Part shown: positions 12,739 to 25,381 of the stretch, in pieces
Numbering within the stretch: position 1 is the stretch's first letter
How the letters are laid out: each line of letters begins with the position of its first letter
Assembly (NCBI GenBank): GCA_030704615.1
Contig: CM060732.1
Coordinates: 51,522,001 to 51,586,000, forward strand
Source: Takakia lepidozioides
Taxonomy: Eukaryota; Plantae; Bryophyta
Reading direction: 5' to 3'
Length of the DNA stretch: 64,000 bases
Notes under the pieces: generated by a model
What the model saw: the letters and a program-made list of their open reading frames with translations, nothing else
The model's database searches: none
What the model was told of the DNA's origin: nothing
Made by a program: the position numbers and the translations under genes

Positions 12739-13326
12739 CCTGGGACATGAACAACCAGATGTGACAGGCATCTGGTGGGATCATGGTGGTTGGACCATTA
12801 AAGAATTTGAAGTGAATCAAATTCCCTGTGGAACGAAGGAAGAAAGATTGTCCAAACAATTCTTTCAAAGGTTCTTGGAATTGCCAGACGGTTGTAAAGA
12901 AAATATTCTTAAACGAGTGCATGATGCTGATCCAGAATGGGGTCTGGAGAAAGGAGTGATAAAGATTTATCAGGTAGCCTGTAGAGGAAGAGCACGTTGG
13001 TTACCAACATTGGTTTATGTGATAGCGTTGCTATCCATTAAACGAGTAGAGTTTGAAGGCTGGGAAGAAAGAAAGGTGAATGTTTATACTCATATGCATG
13101 AAGAGCTTGTACTGGTAAAGAATTGGATTCAAAGGATATTTTGTGGATCAAACTCACACCAAGAACAGCTTTTCAGACTTGTTTGCCATATGGTTATATG
13201 GTAACGGAGACTTCAAGTATAGCCAAGGGTGCATTGAAGCTTGAAAGAAACCCAGGCATATACGAGAGATATTACAGAAGAGAGTTTTGGTTATTGCCAC
13301 ATTAAAAGAAATGAAAGACATGGGAC

Positions 13327-16300
13327 ATGAGTGATGAAAGAGAAGCTAGACGAGAGAGATATTCATCAAAAAGAGAAAGCTATCTGAAAGCTAATTATCC
13401 ATATCTTTGGGAGAGAGGAATAGACATAGGGGAATCATCTGGACCTCTCACACCATCAAGATCAAAAAGTGCATCACCTATACCGGAAGAACTAGAGTTG
13501 GATGCCACTCCTTCTGTTTCTTTGCAAGAAAGATTAAGGGAATTGGTACAGGAAGAAGATCAATCACGAGGTGAAAGATCTGAGGTACATCCTTGGATAA
13601 AAGACTTGACAGAAATCTTTGATAAGAGTTGGCATGGAACACCAAAAGCAGGAACTCCAGTTTCTGAAGCAGAAGATGAAGAAGGAGAAGAGGATGTGGC
13701 AGAGCCAACGGAGAGTTCAGACTCTCCAACACCATTACAGTTGAGTTACATGAGTGAAGAAGAAACCCAAGGGCAGAACTTGGAGGATGAAAACAGAGAG
13801 AAGAAATTAGAAGAGGAAGAATATGAAGAAGTAGACCCAACAGCTGAGGTTGAGACTACAACCAGGACATCCCAACCCGTTGGACCTGGATCAAGTGGAG
13901 CACTTGGATCACAGGCCAACGAAGGTGTCGGCTCAGGGGGATCAGGCGGGGGCCTGGATCTGGCTCTGGGGGGACAGGGAGTGTGGGAAGTAGTGCAACT
14001 GAAGCTGGGAATACTGTGAATATCGTGGGCCAGAAGCAAGGAGTGCTCAAGGGCCACCACTTGGTGGAAGATCCACCACAAAAACAACAGGTCCAGAAGG
14101 ACCAGCACCAGCAAGGGTGCCAGCACCTGTCAGTGGGCAGAAGGTAGGGCCACAGATGGCGTTACAACCAACACGGGCAAAACCACCCTTTCCAATATAT
14201 TCAGGAAAAGGGGATCCCGATGTACACATTAGCCAATTTGAGCACATGTGTATAGTGAACAATGAGAATGGCGATGATGCCAAGATGAGACTGTTTCCTT
14301 GTTCACTTATCAAGAAAGCAAGTGAATGGTATGCAAGATTCCCTGATAATCATTTCCTAACCTGGAATGGCTTGAATACAGCATTTCGAAATAGGTTCAG
14401 GACAAGTAAAACTGAGGATGAAGTGTATGGAAGTTTACAACAGCTGAAGCAGAAGAAGCATGAAACTGTTGAAGAGTATATGGAGAAGATGGAATTGATG
14501 ATGAAAAAGCTGGCTGCAGTACCAGCGCCCGGTTTACAGAAGACTTGGTTTGTGAGTGGACTAAGACCAGAGTTGCAAAAGAAAGTGGATATGTTACCCC
14601 ATAAATACAGTGGAGGAGGCATTTGAAACTGCGAACAGAATTGAGCAATTGGGAATGCTCAGGAGAGAGAAAAAAGAAGATGAGGACTCTGAGGATGAGT
14701 CAGATGAAGAAGAAGAGCAAGAACTAAAAAGAAAGAGTAAGAGAAAGGAAAGTTGAAGAGGGATAACTATGAAAAAAAATTGGAAGAAATCTTGAAGAAG
14801 TATGCCACAGAGGCTGCAACACATTGGAGGAAGGGTGTATGGTGTGCAAAGTGCCAGAATGAAGGCCATACCACCACAGAATGCCACATGAAGGAGAAAC
14901 ACTGTACTATCTGTAAAATGGATAACCATTCTACTGAGAATTGTTACTACAACAGAAGGACAGCTGCAAGAGAACCTAGGCAAGTAAGGGGTGCATCAGG
15001 TGCAGCCCCAGCCAAGAAGAAACAATGATCAGGACCACTATGGTAGGTCTGGTGGTTATAACAATGGCATGGAAGGGAGAGGTAATTCAAGGGGAATTAC
15101 CAAGGAAATTCCAGAGGCAACTATCAGGGTAATCCAAGGGGGAATTACCAGCCCGGGAATCAGGATTATAGAAATAATCCAAGAACAGACCAAGGGCGAG
15201 GACCCAATGGTGAAGAGCTATGTTACTATTGTAATCAGCCAGGACATCGCAAGGCAGCCTGTTCATTCTGGATAAGACACCAGAATGAGATGAGAGCTCC
15301 TGTGAATGAGGGCCCAGTGGTGGCAGCTCACATGGTTAGGCCATGTGTTGTACCAGAAGTAAGTACAATGATAGTAACAAGAAGTAAAGCCAAACTAATA
15401 CCTCCAGTAGAAGAGGAAGAAGATGAGACTGGAAGTGGCAATGATATGCCTGAAGATGAAGAGACTTGGAAGGATGAGAAGGAACTGCACAAGGAAGTGG
15501 CAGATACTATAAGGGAAATGCAAAAGAGTACTGATATTCCTGTGGCAGATTCCTCTGATTCGGATGGAGAAAAAGAAGGGAGTGAGGAAGAAAGGAAAAA
15601 AAAAGATGCAGACATGCAAAGTAATGAAGAGACTTTGGCTGCAGTAATATGTCAGACCAAAGCAGAAATTACCATTGGACAGCTATTAGCTGTGGCACCT
15701 TATTGTAGGCACAGGCTGTATCAGGCAATCAATCGAATTGCCCAAGAGACAGGAAACACAGACCTGAACAGCAAGGTGACCAGTTATAATGTGAAGCCGG
15801 AAGGGCGAGAACCAGTCATGGACTTTGATGATTCTATGCCAGTAATCCAATTGAGAATTGGAAGCACAGAACTAACTGATGTACTGATAGATGGTGGTTC
15901 TGGAGAGTAAATATCATGACAGACCAATTAAGGAAGAAGCTTGGTCTAAGTAACATGAAACCAGCCCCATTTACAGTAACAATGGCAGATCAAAGAAGTG
16001 TACAGCCATTGGGATTAATAAGAGGAGTTAAGATACAGATACAGAAAATGATCTTTATGATCACAGTAACTGTATTAAAAATGGATGAAGTCATGGAGGC
16101 TTACTCCTTATTATTGGGACGTCCGTGGCTGAAACAGGCCAGGGTATTCCATGACTGGAATTCTCAGTTACTAACTGTGCATAATGGGATGCACGAGATA
16201 CAAATTACCACAAAGAAATCTAGTAGATTACCTGCTACAAGAAGACCTCGAGGAGTCAGAGAGTATGACTGGAGAGGAGGACTGGATGAGGAGCAGGAAG

Positions 16301-17750
16301 CTACCCTATTTGCTGCACACCCAGAGTGGGAGCAGGTTGCAGAGATGCGGCTGGAAAGCCTAAGTTGTTTAAGAGGTATCTGCTGTGGTGTAGTGCAACA
16401 CCAATTGAAGAGGAAACCAGCAGTTACCCACCACATTTCTATGAAGAAAGGAGGAGAGATAGAAATCCTAGAAGAACCAGCCACTGTGAGCTTACAGGAT
16501 GAAGTGGTGACTGGTTGGACAATCACAGCTGATGAGCAGGTGAGAGAAGTAAATGTGGGAACTGATGGTGAAAGTAGGAGCTGATTTGGAGCCGGAATTC
16601 TTGAAGAAGCTAAAAAGCTTGTTCATCAAATACAGAGATGTATTTGCTTGGAGCTATGAGGATCTAAAAGGGATACCACCTGAAGTCTGTCAGCATAAGA
16701 TTGAACTGGAACCAGGGTCAGTACCAATCAAGCAGGCGAGGTATAGAATGAATCCCAACTACGCACAGAAGGTTGGAGAAGAGATAAAGAAGTTGGCTGA
16801 GGCTAAGTTTATATACCCAATAGAGTATAAACTTGGTTGTCACCCATTGTTATAGTTCCAAGAAGAATGGCAACTAAGAGTATGTGTGAACTATAAGAAG
16901 CTGAATGCTTGTACGAAGAAAGATCCTTTCCCTTTGCCATTCACAGAAGCAGTATTAGACACTGTGGCAGGCCATGAGATGTACTCATTCATGGATGGCT
17001 TCAGTGGTTATAATCAAGTGCAAGTGGCAGAAGAAGACCAAGGGAAAACAGCTTTCATCACAGACTGGGGGGCTTATGCATACAAAGTCATGCCCTTTGG
17101 ACTTTGTAATGCACCAGCGACCTTTCAGAGAGTGATAAGTGAATCTTTTCATGAGTATCTGGATGATTTCATGCAGGTATTCTTGGATGATTTCAGTGTG
17201 TACAGCTCTAAGATGAGCACTTGCATAAATTGGAGTTATGTTTGGCCAGATGCAGGATGAGAGGTCTGGGCTTGAACCAGAGAAGTGTACTTTCTGTGTG
17301 AACTCAGGGTGCTTCTGGGACACATTGTGTGTAAGAAGGGACTTCTTGTGGATCCCAGGAAGACAGAGTCCATTAAAGTCTCTCCACCACCAGTGAATGT
17401 TAAGAGTTTAAGGAGATTCCTTGGGCAAACCAGTTATTACAGAAGATTTGTCAAAAGGTATGCACAAATAGCAGCACCATTGAGCAAGCTTCTGAAGAAA
17501 GATGCAGTGTTTGCCTGGACAGCTGAATGTCAACAGGCGTTTGAGGAACTTACACTGTCAGTAACAACTACACCTGTGCTGATTAACCCCCACTGGCATG
17601 TAGTATTTCATGTTCACTGCGATGCATCAGGAGAAACGTTGGGTGCGGTGTTAGCCCAGAATGTTACAGGGAATATAGATTCACCTGTGTACTATGCTAG
17701 CCGGTTGATGAACAGTGCTGAGAGGAACTATAGTACAACGGAAAGAGAAG
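13327..17750 (+). pseudogene. gag-pol: gag-pol of copy B (gag with three CCHC knuckles, protease, RT, partial RNase H)
   Basis: Gag core (KMRLFPCSL...W), CAKCQNEGH / CTICKMDNH / CYYCNQPGH, protease [18 protein letters not shown] / [14 protein letters not shown] / FLDD, RNase H VHCDAS; frameshifted. Confidence 0.9.
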
Positions 17751-20417
17751 AGAGGGAGCAGGAAGTTACTTCTGCATCACAGCTTGAACGAATGTCACAA
17801 GGTCACAAGTTATCCATGCAGCTCAACCCGAAATAATTGATTTGGAAAGTGAAGGGATAGATATTCCAACTACAGAACAGATAGTGGCAGAAATAGAGAA
17901 AGGGGACCTTCTCTATGAATATTCTGGTCTGGTCAAGGAGACAGAAATCCCAGAGGTGCAACAGTTGCCCAAGGGAAATCCTGAGGTGCATATAATGCAC
18001 ACACCTGTGTCGGAGGTACCACAGGCGGAAGGTCATGACACTGTAACACCAGTCATAGATGAAGTAGTTCAGGAAGAAAATCCGGTGGGACAATGGCCTG
18101 AATGGTTAGTGAGACATCATACTGTTGAAGATCAGGAGGAACAGCAGCACCCTCACCATGATGACCCTCAACAGGCAATGCTGATGAGTTCCATAGGCAT
18201 GACACTTAATTTGTTGGGGACTTATGTCAAATCCCATGTTCCAATTACCCAATTGACAGCCTTGAAAGAGGAACTCAGGAAGGAGTTTGAGGCTCGACTT
18301 GCCACTGAGTGTGCAAACAAGGTCGATGAAGAGGTCACTCTCAAGATGAAGCAGGACTTGGGCAATACAGAAATGGCTTTGCAGTTGGCCAAGCAACAAT
18401 GATTGAGGCAGGCCTCGCGCAAGACCAGTTGCACGAAGCACATAAGCAACAGCTATACAAAATGTGCAGCATGAGAGCAAGTTGCAAGAATTGAATGCAC
18501 TACATACAGAGTTGCAGACAGTGCATAACAGGATGACGATACAATGTGCTACATTTACAACTATGCTTGACCAATCAACAAAAGAAATAAACAGTCAAGC
18601 GGAAAAATGTACGAAGGCAGAAGAAGAGAATGTTGAGCAAATGAAGCTCATTGTCGATATGAAGAATACAATCTGTCGCCATGAAGATACTTTCAAGCAA
18701 TACAGGCAGAGGGAAGCTGATCAAGAGCAACACATCGTGGAGTTGCAACAAACCATCGTGGCCAATAGAAATGAAATTGCGGTCAGTAACAAGGCTTCGA
18801 AGGAAGCCAATAATCTACTTGCTGCCTATGCGCAATTGGTTGAGCCACAGGCGAAGCGCATGGAGGCTTTACAACAGCAGTTGGAATTGTACAAGCTAAG
18901 AGAAGAGCAAACTCTCAGGGGAACCACAAGCAGCTTGGTGGATAACAGCCTTATAAAGGTCTGGTTAGCACAAGGGCCAGTAGAGGGCAAAAGCCCACGG
19001 AAGCTCACCCAAAGCGAGATGAATGAGCTCAGACTGCAGGTGCAAAACATTGCCACAAACTACTATAGACAATGTCTATAGTAGGATAGCAGAGTTACAA
19101 GAGGATGTAGACGGACTCCAGACTCAAGTGGAAGACCTCACTTCAAACATCGACCAAAGAGTCTATATCCCTCAGGAACAGATAATGGCTTCTTATTTGC
19201 AAGCCAGAACTCTGGCTTTTCAGTCTTCATAGGAGGTGCAGGAGATGCCAATGATACAGGAGCCAGTACCACCACCACCACAACAGTCAGTGTACCAGTA
19301 GCTGAACCTGTGGTTACTACAACCACACCACAGCCACCACAGCCGGAGGTATGGGGCAATGCCGCTTTTAACCCACCTAAAACTCCAGCTGCAAGGGAGT
19401 ACAACAGGGCTATGCTTATGCCCTTCAACCAAATTCCCATCATGTTGGATTTGGCTTGGAAAGAATTTAGTCCTCCGCAGTCATTCGCACATTACTACCA
19501 AATCATGCGTATTTGGCTGCCAGTGGCAACTAGGACTAAAGTTCTTCCAAACAATCGACATATTGAAGATCATCACTTTGCACAATACTGGCACGAGGCA
19601 GGTACCATGTTGAGGGAATTGGTTGCTTTCCAGGTTGTACATGGACTCATTTATACCAAGACCAAGGAGATAGCAAGTATTGTCATGGGGTGCGGGCTAT
19701 ACTACTACTTGCTTGTTTTCTGGTACGTTACCACATTGAGCAACAAAAGATGCAACACGCTTTCAAAGTTACTCCAGTGGAGATCATTGGGTATTACCTT
19801 CGGTGCCACCTCATATGTACCTATATGACCCAAAAGTTATGATGCAGAAGGATTCTCAAATTCGTTCATGGTTTCAAGCAGCCTGCAACCAATTGTCAAC
19901 ACAGAAATTCGGACTTGATGACATTTTCTATAAGGGACATGTGGCATGGAAGTACTTGCACGCTGCACCAGTAATTGGTACCCCACTCATCTGGACAGAC
20001 AAGGAGCTTAGTGCCTACACCAATTTTGCTGTTCAGCGGTTACACCAAGTTGTAAAATACAAACTTCCAGACATGGTAGGACAGCATTGTATGCCCCAGA
20101 TGATTCCACAAAAAGTTCGAAAATTAAAACACCTGAGAGGCGATGAGGATTCTGATACAACTGTTTCTTCACAGAATTCTTTTGACATGGGAGAAGACTA
20201 TGCAATTCAGAAGGAAGAGAAGAAACAAAGGGGATCTCCTATGCCGGAAAGATTACCTCGATATCAGCCTCCAGAAGGCCTCACTTATCCAGGTAGTGAT
20301 CAACCATCTCCATCAACCAGAGACAGAACCGGGCTACACACAGCCCACCACGAAACTCTCAACGTCAACAAGGTGCTCACTCACAAAGGTTTGCTACTCG
20401 GAAACAATAAACCGTGA
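17751..20417 (+). pseudogene. C-terminal two-thirds of the 3' extra ORF of copy B
   Basis: Coiled-coil and C-terminal segments near-identical to 50156-52820. Confidence 0.85.
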
Positions 20418-21425
20418 GGACACGGCTTTTTGAGGGGGGAAGGGGTAATGTTAGAGGACTGTAGGGGACTTAGACACTTATACGGGATCTGTAGGGTACC
20501 CTTAATTTTTGCACAGACTGAGACCAACATGAGCCTTAGGGGGTGACAGCAGCGCACTGTAGAGGGGGGTTACACAGCCAACACAGCCCGTCACAGTCGT
20601 CACAGCCCACACAGCCCCCACACAGCCGACACAGCCACACAGCAGTCACAGCCCACACAGCCACACACACAGCCCGTCACAGTCGTCACAGCCCACACAG
20701 CCCGTCACAGTCGTCACAGCAGACACAGCCCACACAGCCAGACACAGCCCGGCACAGCCACACAGCCAGTCACAGCCCGACACAGCCAAACACAGCCAGT
20801 CACCGCTTGACATAGCTGTCACGATAATAGGGAACGACTGTGGGGAACAACACCTGTGAAGGGAACATGTTAGTTCACAGACGACGGTTAGAGAGGGAAA
20901 CGGTTAGAACCGCGGATAGGAGGATAAAGGGATAACGGGGAATGAGAAGGGGGGGATCATTATTTGGGGGGGGGACTTCTGGAGCGGAGATCGGAGGCAA
21001 AAGATGGAGAGCACGGTGAAGGAGGAAAGAGGATTAGTAGATGCTTGATATATGCAAAGCGGTAGTGATATTGTAGAGCAGATTAGAGACATAATGGCTT
21101 CGGCCTGATACTTGATAAATCATAATCTGATACTTACACGATACAATCACACTGTGTAGAGAGATCTGAGTGAAGCTGTGGATTGAATGGAGGAGGGAAG
21201 AAAACCGATAGATTGATGAAGTAAACTAATACTTAATTATCAATGGTAAGGTAGCTAAGATGAATGCGGAAAGGGAAACAAATAGGAAACACCCCCATGA
21301 TACACTAGCTGTAGGTCATGACTGATTGTTCTGCGCGGGCTGAGTACTTAGAGATTTCCAACTCTTCTATCTTGGAGTTTCCGCCTCGGATAGCGAAGGG
21401 ATGGGTGAGTAAAAGCCGCGGGACA

Positions 21426-23250
21426 ACAACGATCGGATTCGCTGCCTTGCCCTGGAAACCTGCTACCTTGGATGTAGTCATATCCAGTCATTCGTTTCAC
21501 CTCCAGGATTGAGTACATGTCCGACCCCCTGCCGAACTCCTGCTTGCAAGATACGATGTGATTCCGCACATTCGGACTACAAACGTGCGAGACGGACTCC
21601 AAGAGGTCACGCATCTCGTCTTCGGTCAAGGGCTCTCGGTCGGAACCATCTTCAGACATGATTTTGCCAAGAGCAATCTTGTGGGCTGCCTTCAGCTGAA
21701 TCTGCTTTGGTCTGGCTCCGGGGCTCAATTTCACCTCCTCTTTTATGATGTCGTGTGCTTCCTGCACAGCCTCACGCATGTTGCCTCTCGCCAAGGGGTG
21801 GCAGTGGACCCCAAGGTAATGCAAGCTTAGTCAAGTCCGGGAGCAAATGGATTACGTAATATTGCTTGGCTCTGCACATGGACATGCACGTCGGTGGTTC
21901 TTTGCAATGTGCACACTTGAAAGAACCGCAGGAGCTTGGCTGGAGACAATGAATGGATGATGCGTTGTGCCAGTCCAATCCGTCTCGTTTCTCCGCCCTC
22001 CTTTGGAGAGAAAGTGGAAGCAGGTGGATTGAGGCACCTCAGCTTCCCCGCACAGAGGACATATCGTACACGAACACCATCAGCAATTTTCGTGCTACTG
22101 GTCTTCGTCACACACCAAGGGGTGTCCGTCATGCTTTCGATCCATGTCTGTTAACATCCCGGAGGCTTTCTTTGACAGAAACAGGTGGAAACTCGAAGAT
22201 GACATTGCCATCGACTTCGGGAGGGAAAAAGTTACCTTTCTGACTGGGAATTTGGCATAGTCGAGAGCAGCCAGCTCGGAGGAGAACATCGAGGTGATGT
22301 TGTCGTAGGAGCTGCACAATGGACCGGGTTGGAGTTATGCTCGAGGGCACATGCGTAGCACCTACAGAGACGTCCATGCCGGATTTGAACGACCGTGTGG
22401 AGGACATGGGTACCTCAATGCAATCATCTTCCTCGTCGAAATGTCGAATACGTCCACACGAGAAGCTATGGAGGGTCTTGACGGTCCAGGTCGGGAATGA
22501 TTATCGTTGCATACCTCTCTGTTGGCAGTGGCCGCCTCTCGGTTCCGGACTCCTTTGTGGATGGTGTGGGCAGCGACTGATTCGGAAAGGGAATGGGCAT
22601 TCCCACAGCTCGGTACAAGATGGTGTCTGACGGGGGGAACGTGCCATTCGATTCCGCAACCTCCGTCGTTACCTAGCACGACAATGGTCTCGTCAACCTG
22701 TCCAGGAACATCCTTCCTTTCTTCTTCCAAATAAATGTGCCCGGTTTGAGCTTGAATTTGGAACAAAGGTAAGTTTCAGTCACTCTGCAAAGTCCTCCCT
22801 CGTTTGGGATCCAGGCTCTCCCAAGTTGCGGAGGACAGCAAACTATAGCGTAGGAATTCGGAGCCATCGAACACCGCACGGAGTTGGCAAGTGCGAGGTT
22901 CAGTATAGCGACAGACCAAGGCTCACAGGCACCATCTAAGTGGATCTGCGGAGTCCATCGACGATTGGAAGTCGCACATTGAAGTGGAAAGTATTGTTTC
23001 AAGCTACATGCATGAAGGTGGGAGGTTTGATTCCATAGCCAGTGAGTATGACAATGATGGCCGATTCGGCGACGAAATAAAATCTCTGACAGTTTCTCCT
23101 GAGGGTGGATCCAGCAGTATTCTCGGTGCAGACAGGAACGTTCGCACTGACAAGTGCCAGGACTGTGGTTTAAAACGGTCAGACAACCAAGTTGTGCTCA
23201 TCAAGACTGGCCGCAATTGTGTTGTTTCGGAACAATGCAACCATTGAGGT
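21426..23250 (-). pseudogene. MULE transposase, 5' part (Cys/His-rich putative DNA-binding region); start uncertain
   Basis: ...DYIQGSRFPGQGSESDRC joins YIFKMSTCGPGSG at 11769 across the TSD; CAGKLRCLN, CAHCKEPP and LGVHCHP motifs. Confidence 0.75.
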
Positions 23251-23294
23251 TCCAGATTTCCCGTCCCGAGTGATTCTTTTGATTGCTGGTGGAC

Positions 23295-25030
23295 GGAAAT
23301 ACGGCGCCGCATTTCCGTATTGCATCTTGGTCATGCACCAGAGCGACGGAAATGCGGCACCGAGTTTCCGTCCGGGGGGGAAACCTTTATACTCTCCAGA
23401 ACGGAAATGCGGTAACCATTTCCATCCAGCAAGCACGGTATGTGAAGGTCGAACGGAAATGCGGTACCGCATTTCCGTTCTGATTGAGATTATGAACAAC
23501 GGGAACAGAAATGCGGCACCGCATTTCCGTCCGAGTCGCACTTTCCAACATTTCAGAACGGAAATGCGGCGCCGCATTTCCATTTTTATCTGATGCATGG
23601 AGCTGAGGGATAGAAATGCTGCAGCACATTTCCGTCCTTAAAAGACATTCATACTCTCCAGAACGGAAATGCGGTACCGCATTTCATTCAACAAGCACGG
23701 TATGTGAAGGTGGAACGGAAATGCGGTACCGCATTTCCGTTCTGATTGAGATTTATGAACAACGGGAACAGAAATGCGGCACCGCATTTCCGTCCGAGTC
23801 GCACTTTCCGACATTCCAGAACGGAAATGCGGCGCCGCATTTCCATTTTGTATCTGATGCATGGAGCCGAGTGCGATTCCGACAGCTTCTACAGCGCAAT
23901 TCCGACCGCTTGAGACATTCATACTATCCAGAACGGAAATGCGGCACCGCATTTCCGTTCTGATGAAAATCGTGACATCTGAACTGAAATGCGGCACCGT
24001 ATTTCCATCCGAGTCGCACCTACCACATTCCAGAACGGAAATGTACCGCATTTCCGTTATGATGAAAATCGTGAACCATCGGAACTGAAATGCAGCAGCG
24101 CATTTCCATCCGAGTCGCACCTCCCAACATTCAGAACAGAAGTATTAGATTCAAAAGGGAAATGCGGCACCGCATTTCCGTTCTGATGAAATATCTTGAA
24201 ACATTGGAAATGAATGCGGTACCGCATTTCGTCGGAGTCGCACCTTCCGACATTACAAAACGGAAATGCGGCGCCGCATTTCCGTTTTGTATGTGAGGCA
24301 TGGAGAGTGTGGAACGAAAAATGCGGCACAACATTCCGCCAGCGTCAGACGTTAATACTCTACAGAACGGAAATGCGGTACAACATTTCCATTCTGACTG
24401 AAAATCGTGCGCAACGGGAACCGAAATGCGGCACCGCATTTCCGTTCGAGTCGCACCTTCCGACATTCAAGAACGGAAATGCGGCGCCGCATTCCGTTTT
24501 GTATATGGGCCTGGAGATGTGCTACGGAAATGTGTTGCCGCATTTCCATCCATGTGAGACCTTCAAACTTTCCAGACCGGAAATGCGGCACCGCATTCTG
24601 TCCAGGTGATGAGACCTCTATACTTTCCCGAACGGAAATGTGGCACGGCAGTTCCATTCATCAACTAACGTATGTGAAGTGGAACGGAAATGCTACCGCA
24701 TTTCGTTCACATTGAAAATCAATGAACCACGGGAACTGAAATGTTGTGCCTCATTCCGTCCAATCGCACCTTCGACATTCCAGAACGGAATGCGGCGCCG
24801 CATTTCCTTTGAATCTCATACATGGAGCTGTGGGACGGAAATGCGGCACCGTATTTCGTTCAACAACTAAGGTATGTGAAGGTGGAACGGAAATGCGGTT
24901 GCCGCATTTCTTCCAACAAGTACGGATGTGTAGCTTCGTGATGGTACGGAAAAAATGCGGCGCCGCATTCGCATTTTCACTCCAACTCATCAAACGCTGG
25001 GACGGAAATGCCTTGAAATGTGAACACGTG
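23295..25030. repeat. Array of ~30 palindromes GGAAATGCGG-NN-CCGCATTTCC at ~52-53-bp spacing, with ~262-bp (5-unit) higher-order repeats
   Basis: Units start at 23295, 23348, 23403, 23455, 23507, 23560, 23612, 23665, 23717, 23770, 23823 and onward; spacer ACTCTCCAGAAC recurs at 23391 and 23653. Confidence 0.92.
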
Positions 25031-25381
25031 GAGCAACGGAATTGCTGCACATGTCGGCACTCTATCTGACTGAAGGGCATGAGGCGGCGCGGCTGACCGT
25101 TGGTATAATGATGTTTGTTTTTCGGACGGCAGGCGTACCCTGAACGATTCGAATTTCGTAATGACGCAAACTCCACGAGGAGACACTTTCGTCCAACCCT
25201 TTCGAACCCAAGTGGTGCATCACCGCCGTTTCATCTACTTTTGTCGTGTCTCCTCAGTCACCCCTCTCGCGCCCTTTCCATCTGCACTCTTTGCCCCTTT
25301 TCCCTCTCTCTGTTCTTCTTTGCTCGAACCTGAGAGGGGGGGAGTTCGTGCACCAGAAAATTATACTTCGGACGTAGGCCA

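Larger units (their letters stand above)
11775..21425 (+). mobile_element. Gypsy copy B, internally deleted (no integrase), inserted in the MULE transposase
   Basis: LTRs 11775-12719 and 20449-21425; TSD ACAAC at 11770-11774 and 21426-21430; PBS 12722-12738; PPT 20432-20445. Confidence 0.93.

Noticed and set aside
23295-25030. CRISPR array (palindromic repeats with ~30-bp spacers)
   Set aside because: Spacers recur in a 5-unit higher-order pattern, repeats are degenerate, no cas genes are present, and the context is a eukaryotic MULE.
23179-25186. Many overlapping ORFs with KCGAAF / EMRRRIS / GNAAPHF motifs
   Set aside because: By-products of the palindrome, open in several frames on both strands; the 52-53-bp period does not preserve frame.
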